Assembly: GCA_028710695.1 (NCBI GenBank)
Contig: JAQTTP010000005.1
Location: 1 to 32,000, forward strand
DNA from: Candidatus Iainarchaeum sp.
GTDB taxonomy: Archaea > Iainarchaeota > Iainarchaeia > Iainarchaeales > 0-14-0-20-30-16
Length of the DNA: 32,000 bases
Direction of reading: 5' to 3'
Below, piece after piece: positions 8,501 through 15,758 of the stretch; position 1 is the stretch's first letter; each line of letters opens with the position of its first letter. Under the pieces are notes generated by a model. That model searched no databases and had not been told where the DNA came from. It saw only the letters and a program-made list of their open reading frames with translations. The translations under genes were made by a program, and so were the position numbers.

Positions 8501-11497
8501 AATTATATCTTTAACTCTTTTCAGATCTGCTTCTGGAATTCCATAAGGATTACTAGGATCTAAAGGTCTCTTCTCTTCTTTTGGAGCCTCTGCCTTAACT
8601 TCTTCTTTTTTAGGGCCCTTTCCTTTCTCTTCCTTCTTGATTCCAGCGATCTCTCTTGCTCTTTTTAATTTTTTCTCCATTGCAGTATGAAATCCATTAC
8701 TTTCTTCCATAGCGGCTACTCTTTCTGGAGTATTCCAAGGATCTCGTTTATCTATTAAAGGATAATAGTCTGGCATTCTTTTATCTAATTGTTCTGCATA
8801 TTCTGCTGCTTGTTCTTTACTTAAAACTTCAATATTCAAACCATATAAGTCTTCATCAGCTAAATTCTTCATCTTTCCTGGTTTAAGACCTTCTTGTAAA
8901 CGTTCATAATATTCCATAAGCTTTGGCAAGGAATCTGTAGACATATAAGATTTTCCTTCTGAAACCGGAATACCAAGTTCCCTCAAAAATGCATTGTCTG
9001 TAACTCCCTCTCTTACAAATACTGTTGGCCTTAACTTTGCAATTTCTGTAAGAAGTGCAAGATTAAGTGTCCCAATAATATTATAGTGGGCATCCACCAC
9101 ATCGCCTTTAAAGCCAGATTTTTCAAGCTCTTCTAAAACCAATTCTTTCTTTAATACTGAACCTTTTATTGGAAGAGTTAGCCCGTGTTTATCAAAGAAA
9201 TCAAGAGCCTTGTAATTTAAGTCTACTATTGAGGTTATGTCTGCTCTTCTTTGCTGTTCTTTTGCGTCTAGTTCTTTTTTCTCAAATTCTTTCTTTTCTA
9301 AATCTTCTTTTTTAGTTCTATCTTTTTCTTCTAGATCTTTTGTTGCTTCAACTAGATCTTTTAATTCATGCAAACGTTGTCCTAAAAATCTAGATTTTTT
9401 TGTATTCTCAAAATGAGCTCTCAGTGGATGATCTTTATCTGCACCAGCCAAATTTTCTTCTATCTGATCAGAATACTTTCTTTCCAGTTCTCCTACATCT
9501 GCTTTTAAATTATTATAAAGGTTAACAACATCTCTTTCACTAAATCTGAACCCCGGAACTGTTCTTCTCAATTTTTTCTTTATTCCTTCTAGTTCTTTTT
9601 TGTCCTTACCGTCATAAATTCCCAGCTCAAGTAAAGCATCTACAAACTCTTCAATTCTTTCAACACGCTTTTCTTTAAGGGGTTTTTTGCCTTTTTCAGC
9701 AAGCAACAGTACTCTTTCAAGCTCTTGGACTCGCTCAAAAGGGGTCATTTTTTTATTTACTTGCTTCATTATGTTTGAATACATATACTCTGCCTTATTT
9801 GGATTTTGGCCAGTATAATGTTGCTGTGCAAGATAATCTTTCAATTTAGAATCTAAGCCCTCAGACACTTGATCAATTGCTTTATTAACTTCAGATTCTA
9901 GAGCCTCTAATTCTCCTGGGCCTGCTTCATTAAACTTTTTCTCTAAAGCTTTTGTTTTCATATGTCGTGATAAGAATCCTATTTTTCGTTCTATTCTTTT
10001 GCTTCTATTTTCTTGCACTTCCACAGGCGGTGCTGGCCCAGTCTTTTTTTCTTCTGGTTGTTTTTTCTCTTCTGGCCCATCTACGCCTGGCTCTTCCTTA
10101 AGGTCTGGCATCCTTACAACACCATCCTTATCCGGTTTTAAGAACCAATCCTCATCAAAATCCTGATCTCTGTCTCTTTCTTGCCTTTTTATATCTCCAA
10201 ATTCTTTTGGACCTTCTCTCTCTTTTTTTATTCTCGCCTTCAATTTAATTATTAAAGAATTAACCTCTGCCAACCTATTTGTTAAACTCAAGTTTTTGTG
10301 CTCTTGAGCAATTTTTTTCAATCTTTTCTTGCCTTCTTCCGGACCTTCAAAATCTAATACTAACTCCTCAAGTTCTTGATACATTCTCTTCTCGATTGTT
10401 TTTATTCTACTATAAATGTCTCTGGCTCTTTTTTGCATTACTTCAACATCACGTATTTCTCTTGTTTCTTCTCTTTCTCTTTGTAGCTTTGCTTTTGCTT
10501 CTTCTGTTTGTGGTCCAAAGATTTCAAGGAGTCCAATACCTTCAAAAACATCCTTTGCTGCGTTGTGTAATTCACCAGGCCCTTGTTTTAAACGCGGTAC
10601 CTTTACAATTTCACCATTAATAATTTCATTTTCATATTCATATTCTTCTTGTCTTGGCTGTTCCCTCACCCTTCTTCTTTCTGGCTCTTCTCTTTTTGCT
10701 TCTGGGCCTTTTTTACCCTTGCCATATAACTGTTCATATTCTTCTGGTCTTATTCTCCTAAGTACTTCAGGAGGAATAGTTTGTATAGGGGACCTTTCTT
10801 TTCTTTGTCTTGCTGGGCCTTTATATCTTAGGTTTCCTTCAGCATCAAGTTCTAATTCTTGTGGGCCCTCTCTTGCAGGGGCTTTTCTTCTTACTCTCCC
10901 CTCTTCGTCAATATCTACTTCTACCTCTCCAGGTTGTGGCTCCAATAATTCATCTATTTCCCTTTTCCGCCTGCTGCCTGGTTCTTCCATTCTTTCACGA
11001 GCGCGTGCAGGAGCAGGGGGCTCTCTTGGACCAACTGGTGGCTTTCTTTCTGGCTCTACTCTTTCAGGTTCTCTTCTCTCTGGCCTTGGCTCTGGAAGGT
11101 AATGCTTACTATTAACATCATTTATTCTTTCTAGGATTTCTCTTGCCAATACTTTGTCGTGAGCTAAAACACTTTTGAAAGTATCCAATGCAATTTTTCT
11201 TTGTTCTTGGTTGCCTGTTCTAAAATGTAAAATTAGGTTTACTAGTGGGTCTCTTTCTTTAAGTTCAACAAGTTTTTTTACGTAAAATGCAAAGAACTTT
11301 GGTCTTTTTTCAGCATAAAATCTAACTAGGTTTCCAATATTGTGTTCTAAACCGTGCCTTTCAAGCAGGGTTTTGTGGGCAGTTCCACTCTTTTCGTGTA
11401 AATCTCTAAAAACAGATCCAAAATGATGATTTTCAAGTCGTCTCGGCTCAGCAGGCATAGAAGTCACTCCATTGTAGGCATATAAACATAGATGCAC
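5540..11497 (-). CDS. giant charge-rich repeat-containing protein of unknown function with a central TPR pair
   Basis: A single uninterrupted 5.96-kb ORF of 1985 aa. The more likely start is ATG 11458 (MPAEPRR..., 1972 aa), which has GGAGTGA 6 nt upstream. By eye I see no TM helix, no signal peptide and no recognisable catalytic motif. Only the TPR-like repeats are recognisable. Strong coding character: all antisense ORFs are S/L/F-rich mirror artefacts. Confidence 0.9.
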   Translation of the reverse strand: MHLCLYAYNGVTSMPAEPRRLENHHFGSVFRDLHEKSGTAHKTLLERHGLEHNIGNLVRFYAEKRPKFFAFYVKKLVELKERDPLVNLILHFRTGNQEQRKIALDTFKSVLAHDKVLAREILERINDVNSKHYLPEPRPERREPERVEPERKPPVGPREPPAPARARERMEEPGSRRKREIDELLEPQPGEVEVDIDEEGRVRRKAPAREGPQELELDAEGNLRYKGPARQRKERSPIQTIPPEVLRRIRPEEYEQLYGKGKKGPEAKREEPERRRVREQPRQEEYEYENEIINGEIVKVPRLKQGPGELHNAAKDVFEGIGLLEIFGPQTEEAKAKLQREREETREIRDVEVMQKRARDIYSRIKTIEKRMYQELEELVLDFEGPEEGKKRLKKIAQEHKNLSLTNRLAEVNSLIIKLKARIKKEREGPKEFGDIKRQERDRDQDFDEDWFLKPDKDGVVRMPDLKEEPGVDGPEEKKQPEEKKTGPAPPVEVQENRSKRIERKIGFLSRHMKTKALEKKFNEAGPGELEALESEVNKAIDQVSEGLDSKLKDYLAQQHYTGQNPNKAEYMYSNIMKQVNKKMTPFERVQELERVLLLAEKGKKPLKEKRVERIEEFVDALLELGIYDGKDKKELEGIKKKLRRTVPGFRFSERDVVNLYNNLKADVGELERKYSDQIEENLAGADKDHPLRAHFENTKKSRFLGQRLHELKDLVEATKDLEEKDRTKKEDLEKKEFEKKELDAKEQQRRADITSIVDLNYKALDFFDKHGLTLPIKGSVLKKELVLEELEKSGFKGDVVDAHYNIIGTLNLALLTEIAKLRPTVFVREGVTDNAFLRELGIPVSEGKSYMSTDSLPKLMEYYERLQEGLKPGKMKNLADEDLYGLNIEVLSKEQAAEYAEQLDKRMPDYYPLIDKRDPWNTPERVAAMEESNGFHTAMEKKLKRAREIAGIKKEEKGKGPKKEEVKAEAPKEEKRPLDPSNPYGIPEADLKRVKDIIKALNSLGSRESFNEKQNLKGQIGELVAASADEWVKGVKSSKYLTPEQKEQVLKNGINENLYFVTEDLEHIKESPAHLSRDHIFEGAYNALEGIIRNVPELLEPYKARMRQLFAELEKVRAEKKITWSDDKIRVIREFLGHKELEAGKKGPEPPKDDKKQIRPKLPEKEIKEPPKGKLTPKSAEPLAQVGELEQAGLSTKVVGHLRHNFESILALPVGAERTRRMSMLKRRILEEFEDLTPEGAEEKPGKTVLIDTLGKPEGVKKEGNKKLPEKKQEEPKRLEPPKEDRKLAEPKPVAQLPEGAKPLLLPAPQPGPEPRQELKVTDYEEDGLPSLPGEHTQSLPEMSDKELDRRLAEAEVEEKEKEKENIKRGLLKSEGVQLLNLGKYADAEVNFRKVLDLNPKDISTWINYATALRSQRKDKEAIAAYRKVLELDPENSIAKDGLDRLVERTKKGEEKKSEDPRYKTWSAQAGQYTAKKTVELVDLAKRALAFLEEQGIDDRSFEIIREQNKDDLAKIDSLHAGKALDLAQLMCRQVYQVILKKMFGKYEVNAETLKPVGITPDMSRVTALPILLDYYEKHPEHTAPEGEKEEPPKPVVDVKKTEEKKLKEAPKPQAADPDNLYGIPDADFKRAKAVIAELVDDKTVNHYKEIVYREGKIGLPGIASSEDWVRGVQESKYLNPEQKKKVLNDGIVNVLILLPERLNGIAKKERGLGLSREYHSLASVITNISFAFAKNFPELLESHREKIFDFFKTMEQLYQDGKMEKYPQEFFKQDRARIMEFLKIRDNAPPNPLAPVGGEKKAGSGTVHELPKPPEKPVDRFKEMGVEELKSIDPAKLSYDDVLAYRQRVLDLRYSDPYGLKDDPILKEKGFAANDSVIKQFSIAHIKQKYGATEHYKLLAKYIEAIRPFDDLYYNENWKYGPLSVTNAIENLLTYSNFLDINRFRKAHERFIKIFGTTIKDPEQFLVEFSKRFSELDYGDVNN
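6135..7050 (-). repeat. intragenic protein-level repeat, unit 2 (part B about 7050..6750, part A about 6646..6135)
   Basis: Part A2 reads DPDNLYGIPDADFKRAKAVIAEL...SSEDWVRGVQESKYLNPEQKKKVLNDGI...LSRE...FPELLE...RARIMEFL. Part B2 reads RALAFLEEQG...LPILLDYYEKH. The YGIP core is also similar at DNA level: ggaattccataa occurs in both copies. Confidence 0.6.
7151..7352 (-). other. two TPR repeats inside the giant protein
   Basis: The sequence GKYADAEVNFRKVLDLNPKDISTWINYATALRSQRKDKEAIAAYRKVLELDPENSIAKDGLDRLVE fits the TPR consensus of two 34-aa units (A/Y..A...F.kaLelnP). Confidence 0.7.
8085..9215 (-). repeat. intragenic protein-level repeat, unit 1 (part B about 9215..8890, part A about 8560..8085)
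   Basis: Part A1 reads DPSNPYGIPEADLKRVKDIIKAL...SADEWVKGVKSSKYLTPEQKEQVLKNGI...LSRD...VPELLE...IRVIREFL. It aligns colinearly with part A2 in unit 2. Part B1 reads KALDFFDKHG...LPKLMEYYERL and is weakly similar to B2. Confidence 0.6.
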
Positions 11498-11555
11498 AAA
11501 TATAAAAATATATTTATCTTATTTTATATATCTTTATAAGATAAAGAAAGGAATT

Positions 11556-11861
11556 TTGAAGAGGTTACTGAAGGGATCAAAAATGATGTGGGAATATTGT
11601 GCAAATTGTGGAAGTATAAGTTTAAAGAAAGTTGACGGTTTAATGAAACAATGTAACAAATGCGGATGGAGAGGAGTTCCAGATAAAGCAGATATGGAAC
11701 ATATAAATAAAAAAGCAAGAGCAAATATTGGGAATCCAAGAATGGTTGCTGCTGCAGAAAGAAGAGCAAGTGAACCTGTAGATCCACATGCTCCAAAAGA
11801 GAGCACAAAGGATTTAAAAGAAAGACTAAAGAAACAAAGCGATGATTTCGATATCTTTTAA
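11556..11861 (+). CDS. small zinc-ribbon protein, unknown function
   Basis: The product contains MMWEYCANCGSISLKKVDGLMKQCNKCGWRG (CxxC-x15-CxxC), then a basic or disordered stretch and an acidic-aromatic end, QSDDFDIF. The true start is probably the internal ATG ATG at 11583 (92 aa). It is followed by a clean terminator. Confidence 0.7.
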   Translation: MKRLLKGSKMMWEYCANCGSISLKKVDGLMKQCNKCGWRGVPDKADMEHINKKARANIGNPRMVAAAERRASEPVDPHAPKESTKDLKERLKKQSDDFDIF

Positions 11862-11862
11862 A

Positions 11863-11894
11863 AGTAGGAGAATCCTACTCTTTTTTTATTTTTT
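11863..11894 (+). terminator. intrinsic-terminator-like hairpin plus T-run
   Basis: AGTAGGA-GAA-TCCTACT (11863..11879) is followed by c ttttttt a tttttt. It begins 2 nt after the stop codon of the Zn-ribbon gene. Confidence 0.55.
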
Positions 11895-11910
11895 CAAAAA
11901 TAAGAAAGTA

Positions 11911-11920
11911 ATATATTTAC
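11911..11920 (+). promoter_or_regulatory. TATA-box-like element positioned for a leaderless methyltransferase mRNA
   Basis: The element atatatttac is centred about 24 nt upstream of ATG 11939. No Shine-Dalgarno lies in between. The spacing fits an archaeal TATA at about -26 from a transcription start at or near the ATG. Confidence 0.3.
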
Positions 11921-11938
11921 AATAAAATAATTATACTT

Positions 11939-12727
11939 ATGGAATTAACTAGTTATTATAGAAAAACAAAGCCTACAGAAAAGGAATTAAATAAATTCAA
12001 AATAACTTATGATAAAAAATCACAAAATAGGCCCGCGTGGATAAAAATTGATGGCTTAGAAGGAAAAGTAAAATTTATAGAGATTCATTTAGGAAAAAAA
12101 GGCAGGAATGGTAGAAGAAAACAATTTTATAGAACTTATCTCCCACTTGGATTGTTTTTACCAATAGATTATACTTCTGAAGAAATGTCCAAATATTACG
12201 ATAAATTTGCAGAAACTTATGATAAAGAAATTAAAGAAACTGGATATAATACAGGGGCAGCAAAGTTTTTAATAGGCAAAATAAAAAAATATGTAAACAA
12301 AAATCCGGCCATTTTAGACTTAGGGGCGGGAACAGGCATTGTAAATGAAGTATATGCTCTTGCTAGCTTCAAAAATATGACTCTTGTAGATTTTTCAAAA
12401 GGAATGCTAGATGACGCAAAGAAAAAACCTGCCTTAAGGGGCTGTAAGTTTATTAGAGCAGATATTAGAAAACTAAACCTTAAAGGCAAATATGATTTAA
12501 TTACTAGCCATTTTTCGTTAGGAAATTATCGTTATATCAATGAGGAAGATGTAGATAAGATCTTAAAAAAATTCAAAAAAAATTTAACACAAAAAGGCAT
12601 TATTGCAATAATTGGGCACTTTAACTTAGAGCTATTTAGAAAACATTTTAAAGAATTGAAGTCAGGAATCTACACTTTAAATAAATCAAAGAAACTTTTT
12701 GCAGATTATTTTATTGGAAGAAAATAA
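11939..12727 (+). CDS. class I SAM-dependent methyltransferase with an N-terminal extension of about 85 aa
   Basis: It carries motif I ILDLGAGTGIV, an upstream YYDKFAETYD, a post-I acidic residue (LVDFS) and later DLITSHFSL. The N-terminal part is basic (GKKGRNGRRKQFYRTY). Substrate is unknown. Confidence 0.85.
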   Translation: MELTSYYRKTKPTEKELNKFKITYDKKSQNRPAWIKIDGLEGKVKFIEIHLGKKGRNGRRKQFYRTYLPLGLFLPIDYTSEEMSKYYDKFAETYDKEIKETGYNTGAAKFLIGKIKKYVNKNPAILDLGAGTGIVNEVYALASFKNMTLVDFSKGMLDDAKKKPALRGCKFIRADIRKLNLKGKYDLITSHFSLGNYRYINEEDVDKILKKFKKNLTQKGIIAIIGHFNLELFRKHFKELKSGIYTLNKSKKLFADYFIGRK

Positions 12728-12728
12728 A

Positions 12729-13892
12729 CTAATTTCCTGGTTTATTCGGCCCATCAATAAACAACTTAGTCCTATGAGTTAATACTTTAGTTGCTAAACT
12801 TGGTGCCCTGTTTTTCCTTTTTACTTGACTTAATTTCAAAAAACGATCTATTGCCATTTTTATTGTAGGAAGATCTTTTTTTAATACAGAAAACACAATC
12901 TCATCTGCCTGATCTCTATCTACAACAATATTATAATCCATAAATTCTATCCACAATTGAGTATATTTTCTTACTAAACTTTCTACATCTAAATACACAT
13001 TACGCAACAATAATGATGCAAATGTAGAATGAATATGGCTACTACAATCTGGAAGTGCTTCTGCAAGTTCTGAGATATATTTTTTCCTTTCAACATAATA
13101 ATCTGATAAAGATTTATATCGTTTAGTTAAAACCAAATAAACTGGAGTATCTGTCTTTTCACCAGGATATTTTTCTTTAGCTTCTTTTTTAAGAGCCTCA
13201 TAAGTTCTAAAAAAATCAGCAACCGTTTCATAAGATGATTTCATTACTAGACTAATTGCTGTTCTATGCAAATTTTTATACTGAGGATATTTTTCTGTAC
13301 ACTCGGCAGCAAGTAATTCTTTTTTCCGAACCAAATCAGAAGTACTTGAATTGCCCACCTTAAGTACTTGACCTTTAGTTAACCCACTCGCTACTCCTTT
13401 TGCAACTTTATCTGCAAGATCAAACACAGGGATTTGTGAATTTGTGCCCATATTATGAGAAACAAAGCCTACTTCCTGCATTAAATCAAATTCGGCTTTG
13501 ACATTATTGTAAAACGCAGAAAAATAGGAGGGCCCATATTCTTCTAAATATATTTCACGAATAGTTAATTGTCTGGCCATTTGTTTAAAGAAATAGTCAA
13601 ATCTGGGGTCTTTACCAAGTCTTTTTTTTATTTCCGAAGGTGCGTGAGCATAAATTAAGTCAATACTTGCTTTTTGTCTTCGTGTAAGATCACCTTTACG
13701 CCCGTGACCCCTGGACAATAAAATATCAGAAATAAATTTAGATGCTCGTGCTTGCTCTAAAATTTTTGCGCCTAATAATCTTCTATATTCTAGATTTTCA
13801 GGAACTGTTAAACCATATATAGAAGTGTATCTCCTTATTACTTCTTCAGGATGTTTTAATTCTGGTGGTTTTGGTTTAGATCTAATTTGCAT
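12729..13892 (-). CDS. hypothetical alpha-helical (repeat-like) protein
   Basis: 387-aa ORF with no motif I can assign. The C-terminal half shows about four degenerate units of about 40 aa. Examples are KYPQYKNLHRTAISLVMKSSYETVADFFRTYEAL and KYPGEKTDTPVYLVLTKRYKSLSDYYVERKKYISEL. It converges on the methyltransferase gene with a 1-nt gap. Confidence 0.75.
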   Translation of the reverse strand: MQIRSKPKPPELKHPEEVIRRYTSIYGLTVPENLEYRRLLGAKILEQARASKFISDILLSRGHGRKGDLTRRQKASIDLIYAHAPSEIKKRLGKDPRFDYFFKQMARQLTIREIYLEEYGPSYFSAFYNNVKAEFDLMQEVGFVSHNMGTNSQIPVFDLADKVAKGVASGLTKGQVLKVGNSSTSDLVRKKELLAAECTEKYPQYKNLHRTAISLVMKSSYETVADFFRTYEALKKEAKEKYPGEKTDTPVYLVLTKRYKSLSDYYVERKKYISELAEALPDCSSHIHSTFASLLLRNVYLDVESLVRKYTQLWIEFMDYNIVVDRDQADEIVFSVLKKDLPTIKMAIDRFLKLSQVKRKNRAPSLATKVLTHRTKLFIDGPNKPGN

Positions 13893-13922
13893 AAAAAATA
13901 TATCTTATACTCAAATATAAAT

Positions 13923-15269
13923 TTATCCAAAAATCGGAATTAAGTTAAGCACTAAAAGCAATACTACTAAAGCAATGAAAAACATCATAACTGTTTTCTC
14001 TCTTTTTTCGCCCTTCACAAAAAAGAACAAAGGAGAATACATGCTCATTGCCATTGCTCCACCATCAAATGGAACAACAGGTAAGAAGTTGAAGATTCCA
14101 ATAAGAAGATTTAACAAAAAGATCCAATAAAGCAAGGAGCTTACAAAACCGATTACCTTGTATTTGAAAGGAACACCCTCTTTATACCTCTGCTCTAAGC
14201 TTATTCCCAACACATTTTTTTCATTAAAATAAAGATTCTGATCAAAAACATTCTGATCCTTTTCAAGTTCTGCAGAAATGTATTGCTTTTCATCTTTAAG
14301 TGCAGAAATAATTTGTGTTCTAAAATCTGTCAAGCTTGAGATTGTATTTCCGTCTACAGAACTGATTTTTGTGTTTTCATCAACAAGCCCAAAGTTTTTT
14401 GAGAGCCCACCTTCACCACAAATTCCGCCATATTCATCTGCACCAACAATATAGACTTCACCATAGTTTGCAACAACAGTCTTTGTGTAATTAGAAGTCA
14501 CAGCACCAAACAAAAGCAGAAGCCCAAATACAATTACTGCAAATATTATATTTATTGCAGGCCCGGAAGCATAGATTCTTAGCTTGTCTTTAAGAGATAT
14601 TGATTTTAATTTTTTTTCATCTGGCTCTACAAAAGCACCTATTGGTAAAAATCCAAGAAGTAAAGGGCCAAAAGATTTTATCTTAACCTTTGCTTTCCTC
14701 ATCAGCACAGCGTGACTAAATTCATGTATTACCATTCCGATTATTAGCGCAATCCAGCCTTCAAAGAAAGGGATAGTTATTGGCACCTTAGGAATCTTTA
14801 CACCAGGTATTACTGGAGCAATCCCTACACATTTTGCCTGCCCAGCAACAAACAAATCGATTAGCATTATTGTCTGCACAATAAGCAGATATATTACAAT
14901 TCCGGAAAATCCAAAAAGTCCAAAGATTCCAGATATAAGTAAAGAATCTAAAAGAGATTTTCCTGCAAGGAAGTAAATTACTAAAAAGAATGCTGCAAAA
15001 AATAATAAAACATACAAAATTGTAATTAATTTGTTCTTGCCCTTTCTCAAATAAAAAAGTCCTAATGCTCCAAAGCCTAAAGAGATTCCAAAATCCCCTA
15101 ATTTATCCCAAACCGTGCCAAACTTCAGCTTATCAAATTTCTCAGCAAGTTTTGTACTTTTTACAATAGAAAAAATCAAGTATGTCTTTGCATTAGCATA
15201 CTTCTTCAAAAGATAGGTAACTATTATTGCAACTACTAAAAAAATAAGAATGTAAAAAAGAATACTCAT
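13923..15269 (-). CDS. site-2 protease, M50 family intramembrane metalloprotease with a PDZ-like insert
   Basis: 448 aa and multi-TM. It has HEFSHAVLM (HExxH) and the second M50 motif NLLIGIFNFLPVVPFDGG. A soluble insert of about 120 aa lies between them. Confidence 0.9.
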   Translation of the reverse strand: MSILFYILIFLVVAIIVTYLLKKYANAKTYLIFSIVKSTKLAEKFDKLKFGTVWDKLGDFGISLGFGALGLFYLRKGKNKLITILYVLLFFAAFFLVIYFLAGKSLLDSLLISGIFGLFGFSGIVIYLLIVQTIMLIDLFVAGQAKCVGIAPVIPGVKIPKVPITIPFFEGWIALIIGMVIHEFSHAVLMRKAKVKIKSFGPLLLGFLPIGAFVEPDEKKLKSISLKDKLRIYASGPAINIIFAVIVFGLLLLFGAVTSNYTKTVVANYGEVYIVGADEYGGICGEGGLSKNFGLVDENTKISSVDGNTISSLTDFRTQIISALKDEKQYISAELEKDQNVFDQNLYFNEKNVLGISLEQRYKEGVPFKYKVIGFVSSLLYWIFLLNLLIGIFNFLPVVPFDGGAMAMSMYSPLFFFVKGEKREKTVMMFFIALVVLLLVLNLIPIFG

Positions 15270-15275
15270 TCTTTT

Positions 15276-15758
15276 TCACTCTTTCTTTTCTTCTTGTGTT
15301 GTTGGCTTAGGTATTTCCTTTGCCTCTTCTTCTTTCTTTGGTGTTTCAAATAGAACTATGTTTAGCTTCTTTTCAAGCTTCTTTGCAGTCATATTGTCTG
15401 GCTTGAACTTTCCACCTTCTATTTTTTGCAAATATGATGCAGATATGAACAGCTCTCTTGCAAGTTCTTCAGTTTTCAAATTTGCTTTCTGCCTTGCCTG
15501 GCCTATTCTTACACCATAATTTTCAACTAAATCTTTAACTAAATTAGGATCAAATCTTGGTCTATCATCTCTTGGAGGTCCTGAATATGGTCTGTTGTTA
15601 AAATTTGGCCTATTTCCATAACCAGTATTTGGCTTAAAGCCTGGTTTTGTAAAATTTGGTCTTGCATATCCTCCACAGTCACTACATAAGTAAAGTCTAG
15701 CACCTTCCTTCTCAACAGGCCTAGTATATCTGTCCAATCCACATATTTCACATTCCAT
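15276..15758 (-). CDS. mbf1: archaeal multiprotein bridging factor 1 (zinc ribbon plus XRE-type HTH)
   Basis: N-terminal zinc ribbon: MECEICG...LCSDCGG. C-terminal HTH: IGQARQKANLKTEELARELFISASYLQKIEGGKFKP. The linker is Pro/Asn/Arg-rich with recurring RPNF/RPRF. The stop lies 6 nt before the S2P start. Confidence 0.85.
   Translation of the reverse strand: MECEICGLDRYTRPVEKEGARLYLCSDCGGYARPNFTKPGFKPNTGYGNRPNFNNRPYSGPPRDDRPRFDPNLVKDLVENYGVRIGQARQKANLKTEELARELFISASYLQKIEGGKFKPDNMTAKKLEKKLNIVLFETPKKEEEAKEIPKPTTQEEKKE

Noticed and set aside
11524-11808. Two minus-strand ORFs of 90-94 aa overlapping the small Zn-ribbon gene.
   Set aside because: They are leucine-rich and low-complexity and overlap each other. 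They sit opposite a plus-strand ORF that has a CxxC...CxxC zinc ribbon and its own terminator.
11835-11861. The C-terminal QSDDFDIF of the Zn-ribbon protein as a PCNA-interacting PIP box.
   Set aside because: The canonical PIP box is Q-x-x-[ILM]-x-x-[FY]-[FY]. Here position 4 is Asp and the aromatic pair is I-F, so the match is not good enough to claim.
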